Positions 36,113 to 44,939 of a stretch of DNA of 47,303 nt are shown here, one piece after another. The DNA comes from a bacterium (lineage in GTDB: Bacteria > Patescibacteriota > Minisyncoccia > Phycocordibacterales > Phycocordibacteraceae): positions 1-47,303 of the forward strand of contig JAJYJQ010000003.1 in assembly GCA_021789225.1 (NCBI GenBank), given 5' to 3'. How positions within the stretch are numbered: the stretch's first letter is position 1; each line of letters begins with the position of its first letter. A model generated the notes under the pieces. It was not told the origin of the DNA. It did not search any database and was given only the letters and a program-made list of their open reading frames with translations. A program made the translations under genes and the position numbers.

Positions 36113-36643
36113 CTATTCCCTACTGCGCCCTTCCCGATGCCCGATGATGAACCTCTTCGGGTTTTCGCACATGTCGGTAAATGCGTGCGCGGCCTCTTTC
36201 AGCTTCGCGGAAGAGGATTTTCCAAAAGAGATGACCTCCACCTGGCAGCCCTCGTTCATATCGAGGTACTGGATGAGCGGCACGAAGTCGCCGTCGCCCG
36301 AAGCGATAATGACGGTATCAAGTTTCGGCGCGAGCTTCACGGCATCAATCGCCAGGCCCACGTCCCAGTCGGCCTTCTTTGCGCCATCGGCGAAGATTTG
36401 CAGTCCTTTCACTTTGGTCTCGATGCCGATTTTCGTGAGCGCCTCGAAGAAATTCTTTTCCTCACCGCTTTCCGTCGAGATGACGTACGCGATGGCGCGC
36501 ACGAGTACGCGGCCACCGACCGCCTCCTCGAGCACCTTGGCGAAATTCACGCGAGCTTTATAAAGATGTTTTGCGCTGTGGTAGAGGTTTTGCGTATCAA
36601 TAAAAACGCCAACCCGCTGCGCGCTGTGTTTGATCACTGCCAT
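36113..36643 (-). CDS. NYN-domain (LabA/DUF88-like) putative RNase
   Basis: 176 aa. V.VFID..NLY.SAK at the N-terminus, DVGLAIDA, and ASGDGDF.PL are present. Confidence 0.8.
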   Translation of the reverse strand: MAVIKHSAQRVGVFIDTQNLYHSAKHLYKARVNFAKVLEEAVGGRVLVRAIAYVISTESGEEKNFFEALTKIGIETKVKGLQIFADGAKKADWDVGLAIDAVKLAPKLDTVIIASGDGDFVPLIQYLDMNEGCQVEVISFGKSSSAKLKEAAHAFTDMCENPKRFIIGHREGRSRE

Positions 36644-36677
36644 ACGAAAGAAAAAATAACGGTATTAAAAATAAGCA

Positions 36678-36717
36678 CGAGTATGCTTACCAAAGCGAGT
36701 ATGCTTACCAAAGTATG
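36678..36717. repeat. 18-nt tandem direct repeat (2.2 copies) upstream of the NYN gene
   Basis: cgagtatgcttaccaaag occurs twice, followed by a partial tatg. Confidence 0.8.
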
Positions 36718-36851
36718 ATACCACCCAACAATCCTAGGCCGGAAGCGATGAGATGCGAGGAGCGGCTGAGGAACGGAGCGAGCCGTATCCGAGCATACGG
36801 TGAGCGAGTACCGGAAGCAGCGACAAAGCAGCTCGCGCTTACGGCCGGATT

Positions 36852-37118
36852 TTAGTGTTTCAACCCCAGCTTTTTGATGAGCGCGTTGTACTGGCGCTTA
36901 TTATTCTTTTCGAGGTAGCGCAGGTGGGAGCGACGATCCGCAACCATCTGCAAAAGACCGCGGCGCGAGTGGAAATCCTTCGGATTCTTCCGGAGGTGCT
37001 TCGTGAGCTCCTCGATGCGGCGGGTCAAAAGCGCGACCTGCACGTCAGCAGAACCCGTGTCCCCCTCGTGTCGGGCCACGTCTCCAATAACAGTTGTTTT
37101 TACACGCTTGGTAAGCAT
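36852..37118 (-). CDS. rpsO: 30S ribosomal protein S15
   Basis: MLTKRVKTTVIGDVARHEGDTGSADVQVALLTRRIEELTKHL..N.KD.HSRRGLL.MV..RR..L.YL. The start is placed at 37118 because the promoter's -10 hexamer (37126-37131) overlaps the upstream in-frame ATG at 37130 and lies 7 nt before the ATG at 37118. Confidence 0.9.
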   Translation of the reverse strand: MLTKRVKTTVIGDVARHEGDTGSADVQVALLTRRIEELTKHLRKNPKDFHSRRGLLQMVADRRSHLRYLEKNNKRQYNALIKKLGLKH

Positions 37119-37125
37119 TGGGCGT

Positions 37126-37154
37126 ACCATACCATGCCTTGATTATTTTTGCAA
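37126..37154 (-). promoter_or_regulatory. rpsO promoter TTGCAA, 17 nt, extended -10 TGgTATGGT
   Basis: The -35 is at 37149-37154 and the -10 at 37126-37131, with TGG at 37132-37134. Seven nt separate the -10 from the ATG. Confidence 0.55.
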
Positions 37155-37240
37155 CTGTTTTGGAGTGCTGTCTCTTTCCTGTTCCAAACCTGGCGTCTCG
37201 GCGCACTTTATTGTGCGACGCTGCGCTATACTGAAACGAT

Positions 37241-38134
37241 ATGGACGCAGAGAGCGCAAAACGACAGTTTCTTGAATACATCGAGATCGAGCGCGGGCGT
37301 GCGGTGAAAACTATCGAAAATTACGACCACTATCTCACTCGTTATTTCGCGCAGGCCGGCATCAAGCACACACGCGACATCACCGAGCAGAACATTCGCG
37401 AGTTCCGTCTCTGGCTCAATCGTCAGCCCGGTGTCTCGGGTTCGATGAAGCGCCGCACGCAAAACTACTATCTCATCGCCTTGCGTGCGTTCCTAAAATT
37501 CTTGCGCAAGCGCGACATCGAAGGCATCTCCCCCGAGCGCATCGAGCTCGCGAAGCTCCCGGAGCGCTCAATCGACCTCATCACGAATACCGAGCTTGGC
37601 CGCCTCATGGATGCGGCAAACGGCACCGATGAAAAATCCCTGCGCGACCGTGCCATATTCGAGCTTTTATTCTCAACGGGTTTGCGCGTTTCCGAGCTGT
37701 GCTCGCTCGATAGCGACCTCGACCTCTCGCGCGACGAGCTCTCAGTGCGCGGCAAGGGCGAGAAGGTGCGTGTCGTTTTCCTTTCGGAAGCGGCGAAGCG
37801 AGCGGTTGCGACGTATCTGAAAGCGCGCAAAGACATGGAAGAAGCGCTCTTCGTGAATACGGCCAATGGAAAACAGCATGGCACACGCCTCACGCCCCGC
37901 TCGGTCGAAAGAATAATCAAGTACTACGCTGCAAAAGCGGGCATCACGAAAAAAGTCACGCCCCACGTGTTGCGCCACTCATTTGCGACCGACCTGCTCT
38001 CAAACGGCGCGGATTTGCGTAGCGTCCAGGCGCTCCTTGGGCATGCGTCCATCAATACGACGCAAATCTACACCCACGTCACCGACGCGCACCTGCGCGA
38101 GGTCCACAAAAAATTCCACTCACGCGGGGAGTAA
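37241..38134 (+). CDS. Tyrosine recombinase XerC/XerD family
   Basis: 297 aa. ARG..EL (R), H.LRHSFAT.LL..GADLR.VQ.LLGH.S...TQIYTHV (H-R-H-Y) and an N-terminal SAM-like core-binding domain are present. Confidence 0.9.
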   Translation: MDAESAKRQFLEYIEIERGRAVKTIENYDHYLTRYFAQAGIKHTRDITEQNIREFRLWLNRQPGVSGSMKRRTQNYYLIALRAFLKFLRKRDIEGISPERIELAKLPERSIDLITNTELGRLMDAANGTDEKSLRDRAIFELLFSTGLRVSELCSLDSDLDLSRDELSVRGKGEKVRVVFLSEAAKRAVATYLKARKDMEEALFVNTANGKQHGTRLTPRSVERIIKYYAAKAGITKKVTPHVLRHSFATDLLSNGADLRSVQALLGHASINTTQIYTHVTDAHLREVHKKFHSRGE

Positions 38135-38212
38135 TCAACAACCCGCCGCAACCGAGGGTTTTCACTTTCCTCCAAGGTCCCCGCAACAAAGCCGGCGGGG
38201 CAAGCTTCGAAT

Positions 38213-39802
38213 CTAACCCTCCACTTTTATTAGGGTGCCCGTCTGTTTCCCTAGGATAGTAAGTTCAGAATCACGAGACCTCTTGATAACGCATCCTCTG
38301 GTATCCCCTGTAATCGTAACCTTTGCACCAGCTCCAATCTGCAAGATGCCACCCTGTACGGAATCAATAATCCAGCGTCCAGAAGGAATCTTATGTATCC
38401 CTCCATGTATGGCGCCAATATTCCTTTCCCGATACTTTTCATTTTGACCAGCAGCCTCTTCAGAGGGAGTAGGCGCGACCTTTTCGCTCGAAGGAGAATC
38501 ATCGTTCTTTACAGATGCTATTTCTGCGCGAGCTTTCTCCTTAGCGACAACGACAGCATCGTACAACTCCTTTAAAAGATTTGGATTTTCGTAATCAAAG
38601 GCTTCTCGTATGTACGGTTTCCCAAATTCATCTCTCGACCCTCTTATTCTTTCCCGCACAAGGCGGTTGCCGGTGAGTTTGCCGTCAACCAACTCAGGTG
38701 ACGATGTATAGGCTACATTATAAATGTCGTAACCTATAGTGTTCCCTTCCTTGTCTTCATAGCGATCAATGTCCATGAGTCCATCAAGAAAAAATGGATT
38801 AACCGGTATTCCTCGTTTCTTAACCTCTTCGCGCAGATATTTCTCCATCATTGGAAAATATTCGCTATCGAAGGAGTTTTCACTAATAAATGACCGGGTC
38901 TCCTCGCGTATCAGGTTTGTTCGCTCCCGGGCGGGCAGATCCCGCATGCGTTCATACCATGCATCATTCACGTGCCTGGAATCATTTTCGGGTGTTTCTA
39001 TTTTTTCCGCAGACATTACCGGGGGAAGTAGGCCTTTCTGGCGAGGCCGCTCCGGTGGAGCAGCCTCTTGGTTTTTCGGGCTGGAGCCTTCGGGCCCTGT
39101 TCCTCCCCTAACATGCTGGCCTCCAGTTTCTGCGTAATCTCGGATGACCCTTACGGCATTAACAAACTCACGCTCATTAAATTCAGATCCGTACTCATGA
39201 CGAAGAGCATCCTTTAACGGCAAGATGTTTCCCCCGAATAACTTCCCGTCACTCTTATTAAGGAGAAATTCTGCGACAGCAATCTTATAAGAAGCATCCC
39301 TATACATTTTCGATGAAGTGTCTGGATTTTTGCTCAAACGTTCCCCATATTCTTCAATCTTCTTTCGAAGTAAATTTCTCCTCTTCGCGTCTTCTGGGTT
39401 GAAAATGTCCGATTCCGGCTTTGGTGAGGCTTCGGGCGACGGCTCTGCTGCCGGTTCGGAAGATTTTCCTTGAAGTCTTGCCAAGATCTCAGCCGCTTCT
39501 TTTTGGGAGTTTTCAGCATCCAAGCGTGCCCGCTCGGCGCGTGCCGCTTCTTGTGCGGCTCTCTCTCGCGCCGCTTCTGCTGCCTCGTCGATTTTCTTGT
39601 TGATCTCCAGAGCTTCGTCTTGAGCGTTGCCGAGCATCTCGCCCTTCGCTGTCTCCATCGCCTTGGCTTCTTGGGCTAGCGTCGCGACCTTATCGAAGTC
39701 TCCTGCCGCGACGGCGGCGGTCATTTCTTGTTTCTTCTGCGCGATACCTGCCTCATTCGCATCAAATGTTTCTCGAGAGCTTGCTTTTTCAAAGTTGAAC
39801 AT
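38213..39802 (-). CDS. Hypothetical protein (529 aa), lower GC than its surroundings
   Basis: An N-terminal Ala/Glu coiled coil is followed by a central globular region and a C-terminal G-rich beta-strand segment. CATAAT lies 8 nt before the ATG. Confidence 0.6.
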   Translation of the reverse strand: MFNFEKASSRETFDANEAGIAQKKQEMTAAVAAGDFDKVATLAQEAKAMETAKGEMLGNAQDEALEINKKIDEAAEAARERAAQEAARAERARLDAENSQKEAAEILARLQGKSSEPAAEPSPEASPKPESDIFNPEDAKRRNLLRKKIEEYGERLSKNPDTSSKMYRDASYKIAVAEFLLNKSDGKLFGGNILPLKDALRHEYGSEFNEREFVNAVRVIRDYAETGGQHVRGGTGPEGSSPKNQEAAPPERPRQKGLLPPVMSAEKIETPENDSRHVNDAWYERMRDLPARERTNLIREETRSFISENSFDSEYFPMMEKYLREEVKKRGIPVNPFFLDGLMDIDRYEDKEGNTIGYDIYNVAYTSSPELVDGKLTGNRLVRERIRGSRDEFGKPYIREAFDYENPNLLKELYDAVVVAKEKARAEIASVKNDDSPSSEKVAPTPSEEAAGQNEKYRERNIGAIHGGIHKIPSGRWIIDSVQGGILQIGAGAKVTITGDTRGCVIKRSRDSELTILGKQTGTLIKVEG

Positions 39803-39880
39803 GGTGTTGGATTATGTCTCAGGTGTAGCACGGGGGGGGGTAGCGAGCGCAAGTCGTGCTATTCACCGTCGACTTTCGGC

Positions 39881-39886
39881 TATAAT
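39881..39886 (+). promoter_or_regulatory. TATAAT -10 box, 6 nt upstream of the xth ATG (leaderless configuration)
   Basis: ggcTATAATagcttcATG is nearly identical to the yraN upstream sequence TGgTATGATagcttcATG. Confidence 0.5.
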
Positions 39887-39892
39887 AGCTTC

Positions 39893-40657
39893 ATGAAAAT
39901 CGTCTCCTGGAATGTAAACGGTCTGCGCTCGGTGGCAAAAAACGGCTACTGGAAAGCCTTTCTGGAGGAAACCAAACCAGACATCTTCTGCCTGCAAGAG
40001 ACCAAAGCCTCGCCCGAGCAGCTTCCCGACGAGCTTCTCTCCCCTGCTGGCTATTCGGCATTTTTCTCCTCGGCCAAGGCGCGCAAAGGATACAGCGGCG
40101 TGGCGCTCTATTCGAAAATCGAGCCGCTCAATGTCATCTACGGCATGGGCATTGAGGAATTCGACCAAGAAGGCCGTATCGTCGGCGCCGAATACGACGA
40201 CTTTTGGCTTCTGAATGTGTACTTCCCCAACGGCGGCCAGGGCCCCGAGCGTCTCGACTACAAACTGCGCTTTTATGACGCCTTTCTCGCGTTCATCGAG
40301 GAGCTGCGCAAGCAAAAACCCGTTATTTTCTGCGGTGATGTGAACACGGCGCACGAGGAAATCGACCTTGCACATCCGCAGGAACACGAAGACAGCACCG
40401 GCTTCCTACCCGAAGAGCGCGCATGGATTGATGAGGTGCTGAACGCTGGGTATACCGACTCCTTCCGCCACCTCCATCCGCACCAATCTGCTGCCTATTC
40501 ATACTGGGATATGGTAACGCGCGCTCGCGACCGCAACGTGGGCTGGCGACTCGACTATTTCTTTGTGCCGAGCGAGCTTATGCGCCGCCTCAAAAAAGCC
40601 GAAATCCACACGCAGGTTTTCGGCTCCGACCACTGCCCCGTTTCGATAACCCTCTAA
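39893..40657 (+). CDS. xth: Exodeoxyribonuclease III (AP endonuclease)
   Basis: MKIVSWNVNGLRS, CLQETK, GYSGVA, NVYFPNG, GD.N.AH.EIDL and SDHCPV are present. Confidence 0.93.
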   Translation: MKIVSWNVNGLRSVAKNGYWKAFLEETKPDIFCLQETKASPEQLPDELLSPAGYSAFFSSAKARKGYSGVALYSKIEPLNVIYGMGIEEFDQEGRIVGAEYDDFWLLNVYFPNGGQGPERLDYKLRFYDAFLAFIEELRKQKPVIFCGDVNTAHEEIDLAHPQEHEDSTGFLPEERAWIDEVLNAGYTDSFRHLHPHQSAAYSYWDMVTRARDRNVGWRLDYFFVPSELMRRLKKAEIHTQVFGSDHCPVSITL

Positions 40658-40849
40658 AGGACACGTTATCCACAGGGATGTCCTTTACAGTGTCCTATAG
40701 AGCGCTATGATGAACCTCGGAAGGAGTTCTTTGCGAGCACCTTTTGTTCTTTCACAAATCTGTTCCTTACGAAGCAATAAGTTGTAATCCGTGCAACAGC
40801 AGGCCAACGACGGCGCGTATCGCCCATTCAAAACCAAAGGGCTGCGATT

Positions 40850-41110
40850 GTTACACGTGCAACCAAACGCTTCTCATCCATAAAAGTCGCCTTATCTCCA
40901 GGCGTGCCATCCAATCCAAGCCCAAAGCTCAATCAACTCGGCACACCAACCAAGGCGGCTTTTTGTTTTTCATACCAAGCTGCCGTTACACGTGAAAAGT
41001 AGCCCATGTGGTACGAGTTTCGTCCTACATGAGCGGATAATAGGGTTGTTACACGTGAAAAGAGAAAAACCGCCCCAAGTGGCGGTTTTTTATATGTTAC
41101 ACGTGAAAGC
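40850..41110. promoter_or_regulatory. Array of four GTTACACGTG(A/C)AA sites (12-bp near-palindrome TTACACGTGAAA) in a 450-bp non-coding gap
   Basis: Copies are at 40850-40862, 40985-40999, 41048-41062 and 41096-41110. A perfect DnaA box is at 40666-40674 in the same gap. Confidence 0.55.
41065..41091. terminator. Bidirectional rho-independent terminator
   Basis: aaaaaccgcc-ccaagt-ggcggtttttt has A and T tracts on both sides. It lies just downstream of the cca stop. Confidence 0.7.
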
Positions 41111-42573
41111 TACTGCACGTGGTGTTTTTGCAGTATTTTCCCTACCTCCTCCTCTTCTTTCTCCTCTCGTTTTTGCTTTCCTGCCTCGCCAAGGGCGCGG
41201 AGCTCGTCGTCAGAAAGGGTCAAAAGCTCTCCGGTTCGGGTATCCAAATATTCCTCAGTGTTTCGGGAAGGATCCTCGAGAACTTCTTCGAGGAGGGCGT
41301 TCAGCGTCCAGCCGATGCGCGGCCCTGGTTGCACGTGGAACGTCTCCATAAGGTGGTTTCCATTTGTCTTGAGCATGGCGACGGAAATCGGGTCGCGAAG
41401 AGCTTGCTCCACCATCGCCTTATATTTCCGGAAGCGAAATGGCTGTTCTTTTGGCCGGCCGGTGCCTATGCGGTCGCAAATGCGGACATTGAGCAAATCC
41501 CAGATGTTTTCCTCGCCGACGTTGCGAACCATGCGGCGCACGGCCGAGAGGGTAATGAGGTCTGGATCGGAGAAAAACATGTGCCAGCGCACGAGTTTGG
41601 TGACACGCTCGATAGTTTCACGTGGAAAGTGAAGGTCATTCAGCGCTTTTTTGGTAATACGAGCGCTCACGACCTCGTGGCCGTGGAAAGTCCAGTCTTT
41701 TTTCTCGTCCGACCAGCGGCGCGCATCGGTTTTTCCGATGTCGTGGAAAAGAGCCGCGAGGCGCACGTCCAAATCCCATCCCTTGTCAGCGGCGTGCTGG
41801 ACGGAGCGCAAGGAATGCTCGAACACGTCGAAAGAGTGCGCCTGATTCTGGCCAACGCCGACACTGCGTGCCAGATCCGGCACGATATACGCAAGGATGC
41901 CGAGGCGTGCGGCAAGCGCGAGCGCCGTGAGTGGGCGAGGGGAGGTGAGGATGCGGATAAGCTCGTCGCGGATGCGCTCTTTCGAAATATGGCCAAGGTT
42001 AGCGGCTTTTCCCTGTATGGCCGCGGCAGTATTCGTGTCGAGTGCGAAATCGAGCTCGGCCACAAAACGGAGCGCGCGCATAAGCCGAAGCGCGTCTTCC
42101 TCGAAGCGTTCTTCCGGGCTGCCGACGGTTTGGAGAATGCCAGCCTCGATGTCCTTTTGTCCTTTATAAGGGTCAATGAGGTGTCCTTTAGACTCGTCGT
42201 ACGCGATAGCGTTCATGGTGAAATCGCGCCGGGCGAGATCTTCCTCGATAGAGTCGCCGAAGGTTACGGAATCCGGCCGGCGTTTGTCGCCGTAGGTGGA
42301 TTCAGTGCGATAGGGGGTCACCTCGACGACTTTCAGGGTTTCATCATCGGTTTCATTGACGACGCCCACGGTGCCGAAGTCGTTCGTGTAGAAGGTTTCC
42401 GGGAAAAGAGCTTGAATTTGCTCGGGTTTTGCGTTGGTGGTGACGTCCCAGTCTTTGGGGGTGCGGTTCAAGAGAAGGTCGCGAACGCACCCGCCGACCA
42501 AATACGCCTCAAAACCAGCTTGCCGCAGAGTCTCCGTGACCGAGCGTATTTCACGTGGAACCTTGTGGCGCAT
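41110..42573 (-). CDS. cca: CCA-adding enzyme / poly(A) polymerase family with an HD domain
   Basis: 487 aa. YLVGG.VRD.LL...PKDWD..T and the HD motif (ALFHDIGK) are present. This is consistent with the tRNA genes here lacking encoded CCA. Confidence 0.9.
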   Translation of the reverse strand: MRHKVPREIRSVTETLRQAGFEAYLVGGCVRDLLLNRTPKDWDVTTNAKPEQIQALFPETFYTNDFGTVGVVNETDDETLKVVEVTPYRTESTYGDKRRPDSVTFGDSIEEDLARRDFTMNAIAYDESKGHLIDPYKGQKDIEAGILQTVGSPEERFEEDALRLMRALRFVAELDFALDTNTAAAIQGKAANLGHISKERIRDELIRILTSPRPLTALALAARLGILAYIVPDLARSVGVGQNQAHSFDVFEHSLRSVQHAADKGWDLDVRLAALFHDIGKTDARRWSDEKKDWTFHGHEVVSARITKKALNDLHFPRETIERVTKLVRWHMFFSDPDLITLSAVRRMVRNVGEENIWDLLNVRICDRIGTGRPKEQPFRFRKYKAMVEQALRDPISVAMLKTNGNHLMETFHVQPGPRIGWTLNALLEEVLEDPSRNTEEYLDTRTGELLTLSDDELRALGEAGKQKREEKEEEEVGKILQKHHVQ

Positions 42574-42626
42574 GGCTGCATAATAGCACGCAATTATGAA
42601 ACGAACTGTGATATAGTGTTAACTAC

Positions 42627-43295
42627 ATGCAGAAGAAGGTCCTACAAAAAGCCATGGCAGTACGGCTTAGAAAAGCGGGATATACATACCGTGAAATACT
42701 CGAGAAGGTGCCCGTATCAAGGAGCTCACTTTCTGTGTGGCTGCGCGATGCCCCACTTACTGACGCTGAGAAAACAGTCCTGAAGAAACGGCGTAACGAC
42801 CGGATATCAACCGGAAGGATTCGCGCGGCCGCGTCGCTTCGTAAAGCACGGCTTCATCGTGAAGGAAGTCTGCGCAAAAAGGCGGAAGAGACATTTCGCA
42901 CCTATCGACACGACGAACTCTTTAGAGTCGGGATTTCTCTCTACTGGGCCGAGGGTGCGAAGCGGGGAAATTCGTTTAGTTTCGTAAACTCAGATCCAGA
43001 TATGGTGGTGCTTATGATTGCGTGGATGGAACGTTTTTTACACATACCGAGAAAAGATATACGTGCGCGGCTCTATATCCATAGACCCTATGCACACGAG
43101 CATCTTGAAACCTTTTGGTCTGAGAAAACGGGTATTAATGAAGGTGATTTCAGACAAACTGTGTACAAGCCGACCGGGCTCCTCGTTAAAAAACGCCCTG
43201 ATTATAAAGGCTGTCTCCGTATAGAGGCTGGGGGAGTCGTCGCGCTGCGCACGTATCAGTTCTGGCAACGAATGTTGCTTGCTGAGTTGCAGTAA
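42627..43295 (+). CDS. HTH plus single-motif LAGLIDADG-like protein (paralogue 1)
   Basis: 222 aa. The N-terminal HTH is LRKAGYTYREILEKVPVSRSSLSVWL. The LAGLIDADG-type motif is FRVGISLYWAEGAKRGNSFSFVNSDPDMVVLMIAWMERF. It is a paralogue of 45222..45911. Confidence 0.7.
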   Translation: MQKKVLQKAMAVRLRKAGYTYREILEKVPVSRSSLSVWLRDAPLTDAEKTVLKKRRNDRISTGRIRAAASLRKARLHREGSLRKKAEETFRTYRHDELFRVGISLYWAEGAKRGNSFSFVNSDPDMVVLMIAWMERFLHIPRKDIRARLYIHRPYAHEHLETFWSEKTGINEGDFRQTVYKPTGLLVKKRPDYKGCLRIEAGGVVALRTYQFWQRMLLAELQ

Positions 43296-43335
43296 TAACA
43301 GCAGAAGACCAAACGTGCTATTGTTTCCTCACTGC

Positions 43336-43408
43336 GCGCCCGTAGCTCAAAGGATAGAGCACTTGGCTTCGGACCAAGGGGTTGTGGGTTCGAGTCCTGC
43401 CGGGCGCA
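43336..43408 (+). tRNA. tRNA-Arg (anticodon TCG), no encoded CCA
   Basis: The cloverleaf was built by hand: acceptor GCGCCCG/CGGGCGC, D arm GCTC/GAGC, anticodon arm CTTGG-CTTCGGA-CCAAG, and T loop TTCGAGT. Confidence 0.85.
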
Positions 43409-43505
43409 CAAAATTCCATGAAAATATAAAGCGGCCACGTGCGAGATGAAGCAAACTGTGCACAAACGATAGGGAATAAAGGTGCGCTGGTGCTATTATG
43501 CGTGC

Positions 43506-44939
43506 ATGTCAGGCGCTGCTCCAGAAAAGCAAACTCCTCCTTTGGTACAGCCGGAGAAACATGCGCCCGCAAAGGCGCCTGAGGCACGCAATTCGCGAGC
43601 TGCTGAACTGAGGCTTAGTCCTGAAAACGAGCGTTTGTGGGATCGGCTGAGCGAACGCGGACGTGAACTCTTCGAACGAATGTCCGTGCATACAGGCTCT
43701 TTTTCCGAGACTTTTGGAAAAGCCGGCCTCGCGTTTAACCGATTCATCGGTGAGCGTTACGAAAAGAAGGCAGTTCATTTGCAGAAGAAGGTGGATGAAT
43801 CCAACGTCCTCGTCGAATCTCTGCGGGAAGCAAAGCAAGAGCTTGAGGCCGACTTGGAGGAGATGCGGCACGATGGGTCTCCGGGAGCAGAACTCATCCA
43901 GCTGCAATCGAAAGTGTTCGATCGCAAGATCGAGGACGCGCTCAAGAAGCGCGATCGCGTCCAAAGTAAGATGGAGGCTCAGGTAAAACATAGAGACCTC
44001 TTTAACGCACGGCGCGACGCGATCGCGGACAAGCTCATTCACGAATATGAGCAGAAGCTCTCTCCGATGGAGCGGCGGCTCAAGTCGATGCGGACGCGCG
44101 GCGATGAGGTGGCGCGCCTTGCGGATGACGCAAAAGCGCACCTGGATCAACAGGAAGCCAGACTCGTCGTGGATAAAGAGCAGAAATTGGAGCAGCGACA
44201 GGCGAAGTGGCGCCAAGCGCAGTTTTCAGAAGCAGATATCCGTGACCTGAGTCGGCCGTTTGAGCGAGCAATACATGAAAACCGGGATTGGATACATGAG
44301 CAGCGGGCGAAAATATCGAAGCTGCAGCGTCGCCAAGAAGAGCGGATTGCGCGCGCTGAGCAAACGGCGAATCCGTGGCGCGACCGCCGAGACGCGATCG
44401 CGCGCGCCAAGAGCAAGAATCCGGCAGAGGTGAAGGTGCCGGAGCGCACGCGCGTGCCGGTGGAGGAATCGAAGCCGCCGCGTATCGAGCACCACCCGCG
44501 GCATGAAGAGACGGTGCTTGCGCACACAGAGCCTGCGGGAGAGCAGGAGCCTGTGGCAGAGGGCTGGCCAGGAGATATTCCGGTCCAAGAGCACGAGCCG
44601 GCAGAAACCGCACCTGCGCCTGCGGAAAGCTCGGATGAGGAAGCTCCCGAAGAAAACGAAACGCACGAGACAGGGAATGAGAGCGTTTCGTTTGACCAGT
44701 CCTTCTCGCAATGGACCGCGTTCTTGGGGCTGCCGAATGCAGATCCTGCTAGAAAGAGCCTGCAGAAGTTCTTTGCCGACAGGGGGATGAAGCTCGGTAG
44801 CTCGGCGCAGATTAAGCGGGAAGACTTTAAACGGATGCTCAGAGGACACTATAGGAGCTTGGGCGGCGATCAACTCAAACAAGCGTTCGAGCCCGTGATA
44901 GAGAAGTTCGTTGATGAATTTTTAAAAGAGAAGCCATGA
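43506..44939 (+). CDS. Charged coiled-coil protein (hypothetical, 477 aa)
   Basis: The extended -10 TGCTATTAT (43491-43499) lies 6 nt before the ATG at 43506. The sequence is rich in Glu, Arg, Lys and Gln in heptad-like stretches. Confidence 0.6.
   Translation: MSGAAPEKQTPPLVQPEKHAPAKAPEARNSRAAELRLSPENERLWDRLSERGRELFERMSVHTGSFSETFGKAGLAFNRFIGERYEKKAVHLQKKVDESNVLVESLREAKQELEADLEEMRHDGSPGAELIQLQSKVFDRKIEDALKKRDRVQSKMEAQVKHRDLFNARRDAIADKLIHEYEQKLSPMERRLKSMRTRGDEVARLADDAKAHLDQQEARLVVDKEQKLEQRQAKWRQAQFSEADIRDLSRPFERAIHENRDWIHEQRAKISKLQRRQEERIARAEQTANPWRDRRDAIARAKSKNPAEVKVPERTRVPVEESKPPRIEHHPRHEETVLAHTEPAGEQEPVAEGWPGDIPVQEHEPAETAPAPAESSDEEAPEENETHETGNESVSFDQSFSQWTAFLGLPNADPARKSLQKFFADRGMKLGSSAQIKREDFKRMLRGHYRSLGGDQLKQAFEPVIEKFVDEFLKEKP

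Noticed and set aside
36737-36846. Small SRP (4.5S) RNA candidate, because of CCGGAAGCAGC and an approximately 110-nt closed hairpin
   Set aside because: The GGAA is not closed by the conserved helix-8 stem and is not at the hairpin apex. The flanking symmetric and asymmetric loop motifs are absent on either strand.
40850-41110. Possible CRISPR array, because of the repeated GTTACACGTGAAA
   Set aside because: The repeats are only 13-15 nt and irregularly spaced (135, 63 and 48 nt). There is no spacer-like regularity and no cas genes. They are better explained as operator-type palindromes.
40744-41351. ORFs 40744-40995 (83 aa) and 40992-41351 (119 aa) in the xth-cca gap
   Set aside because: There is no start context. 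The composition is Cys/Ser/Thr/Arg-rich. The second ORF runs through a terminator and antisense into cca.
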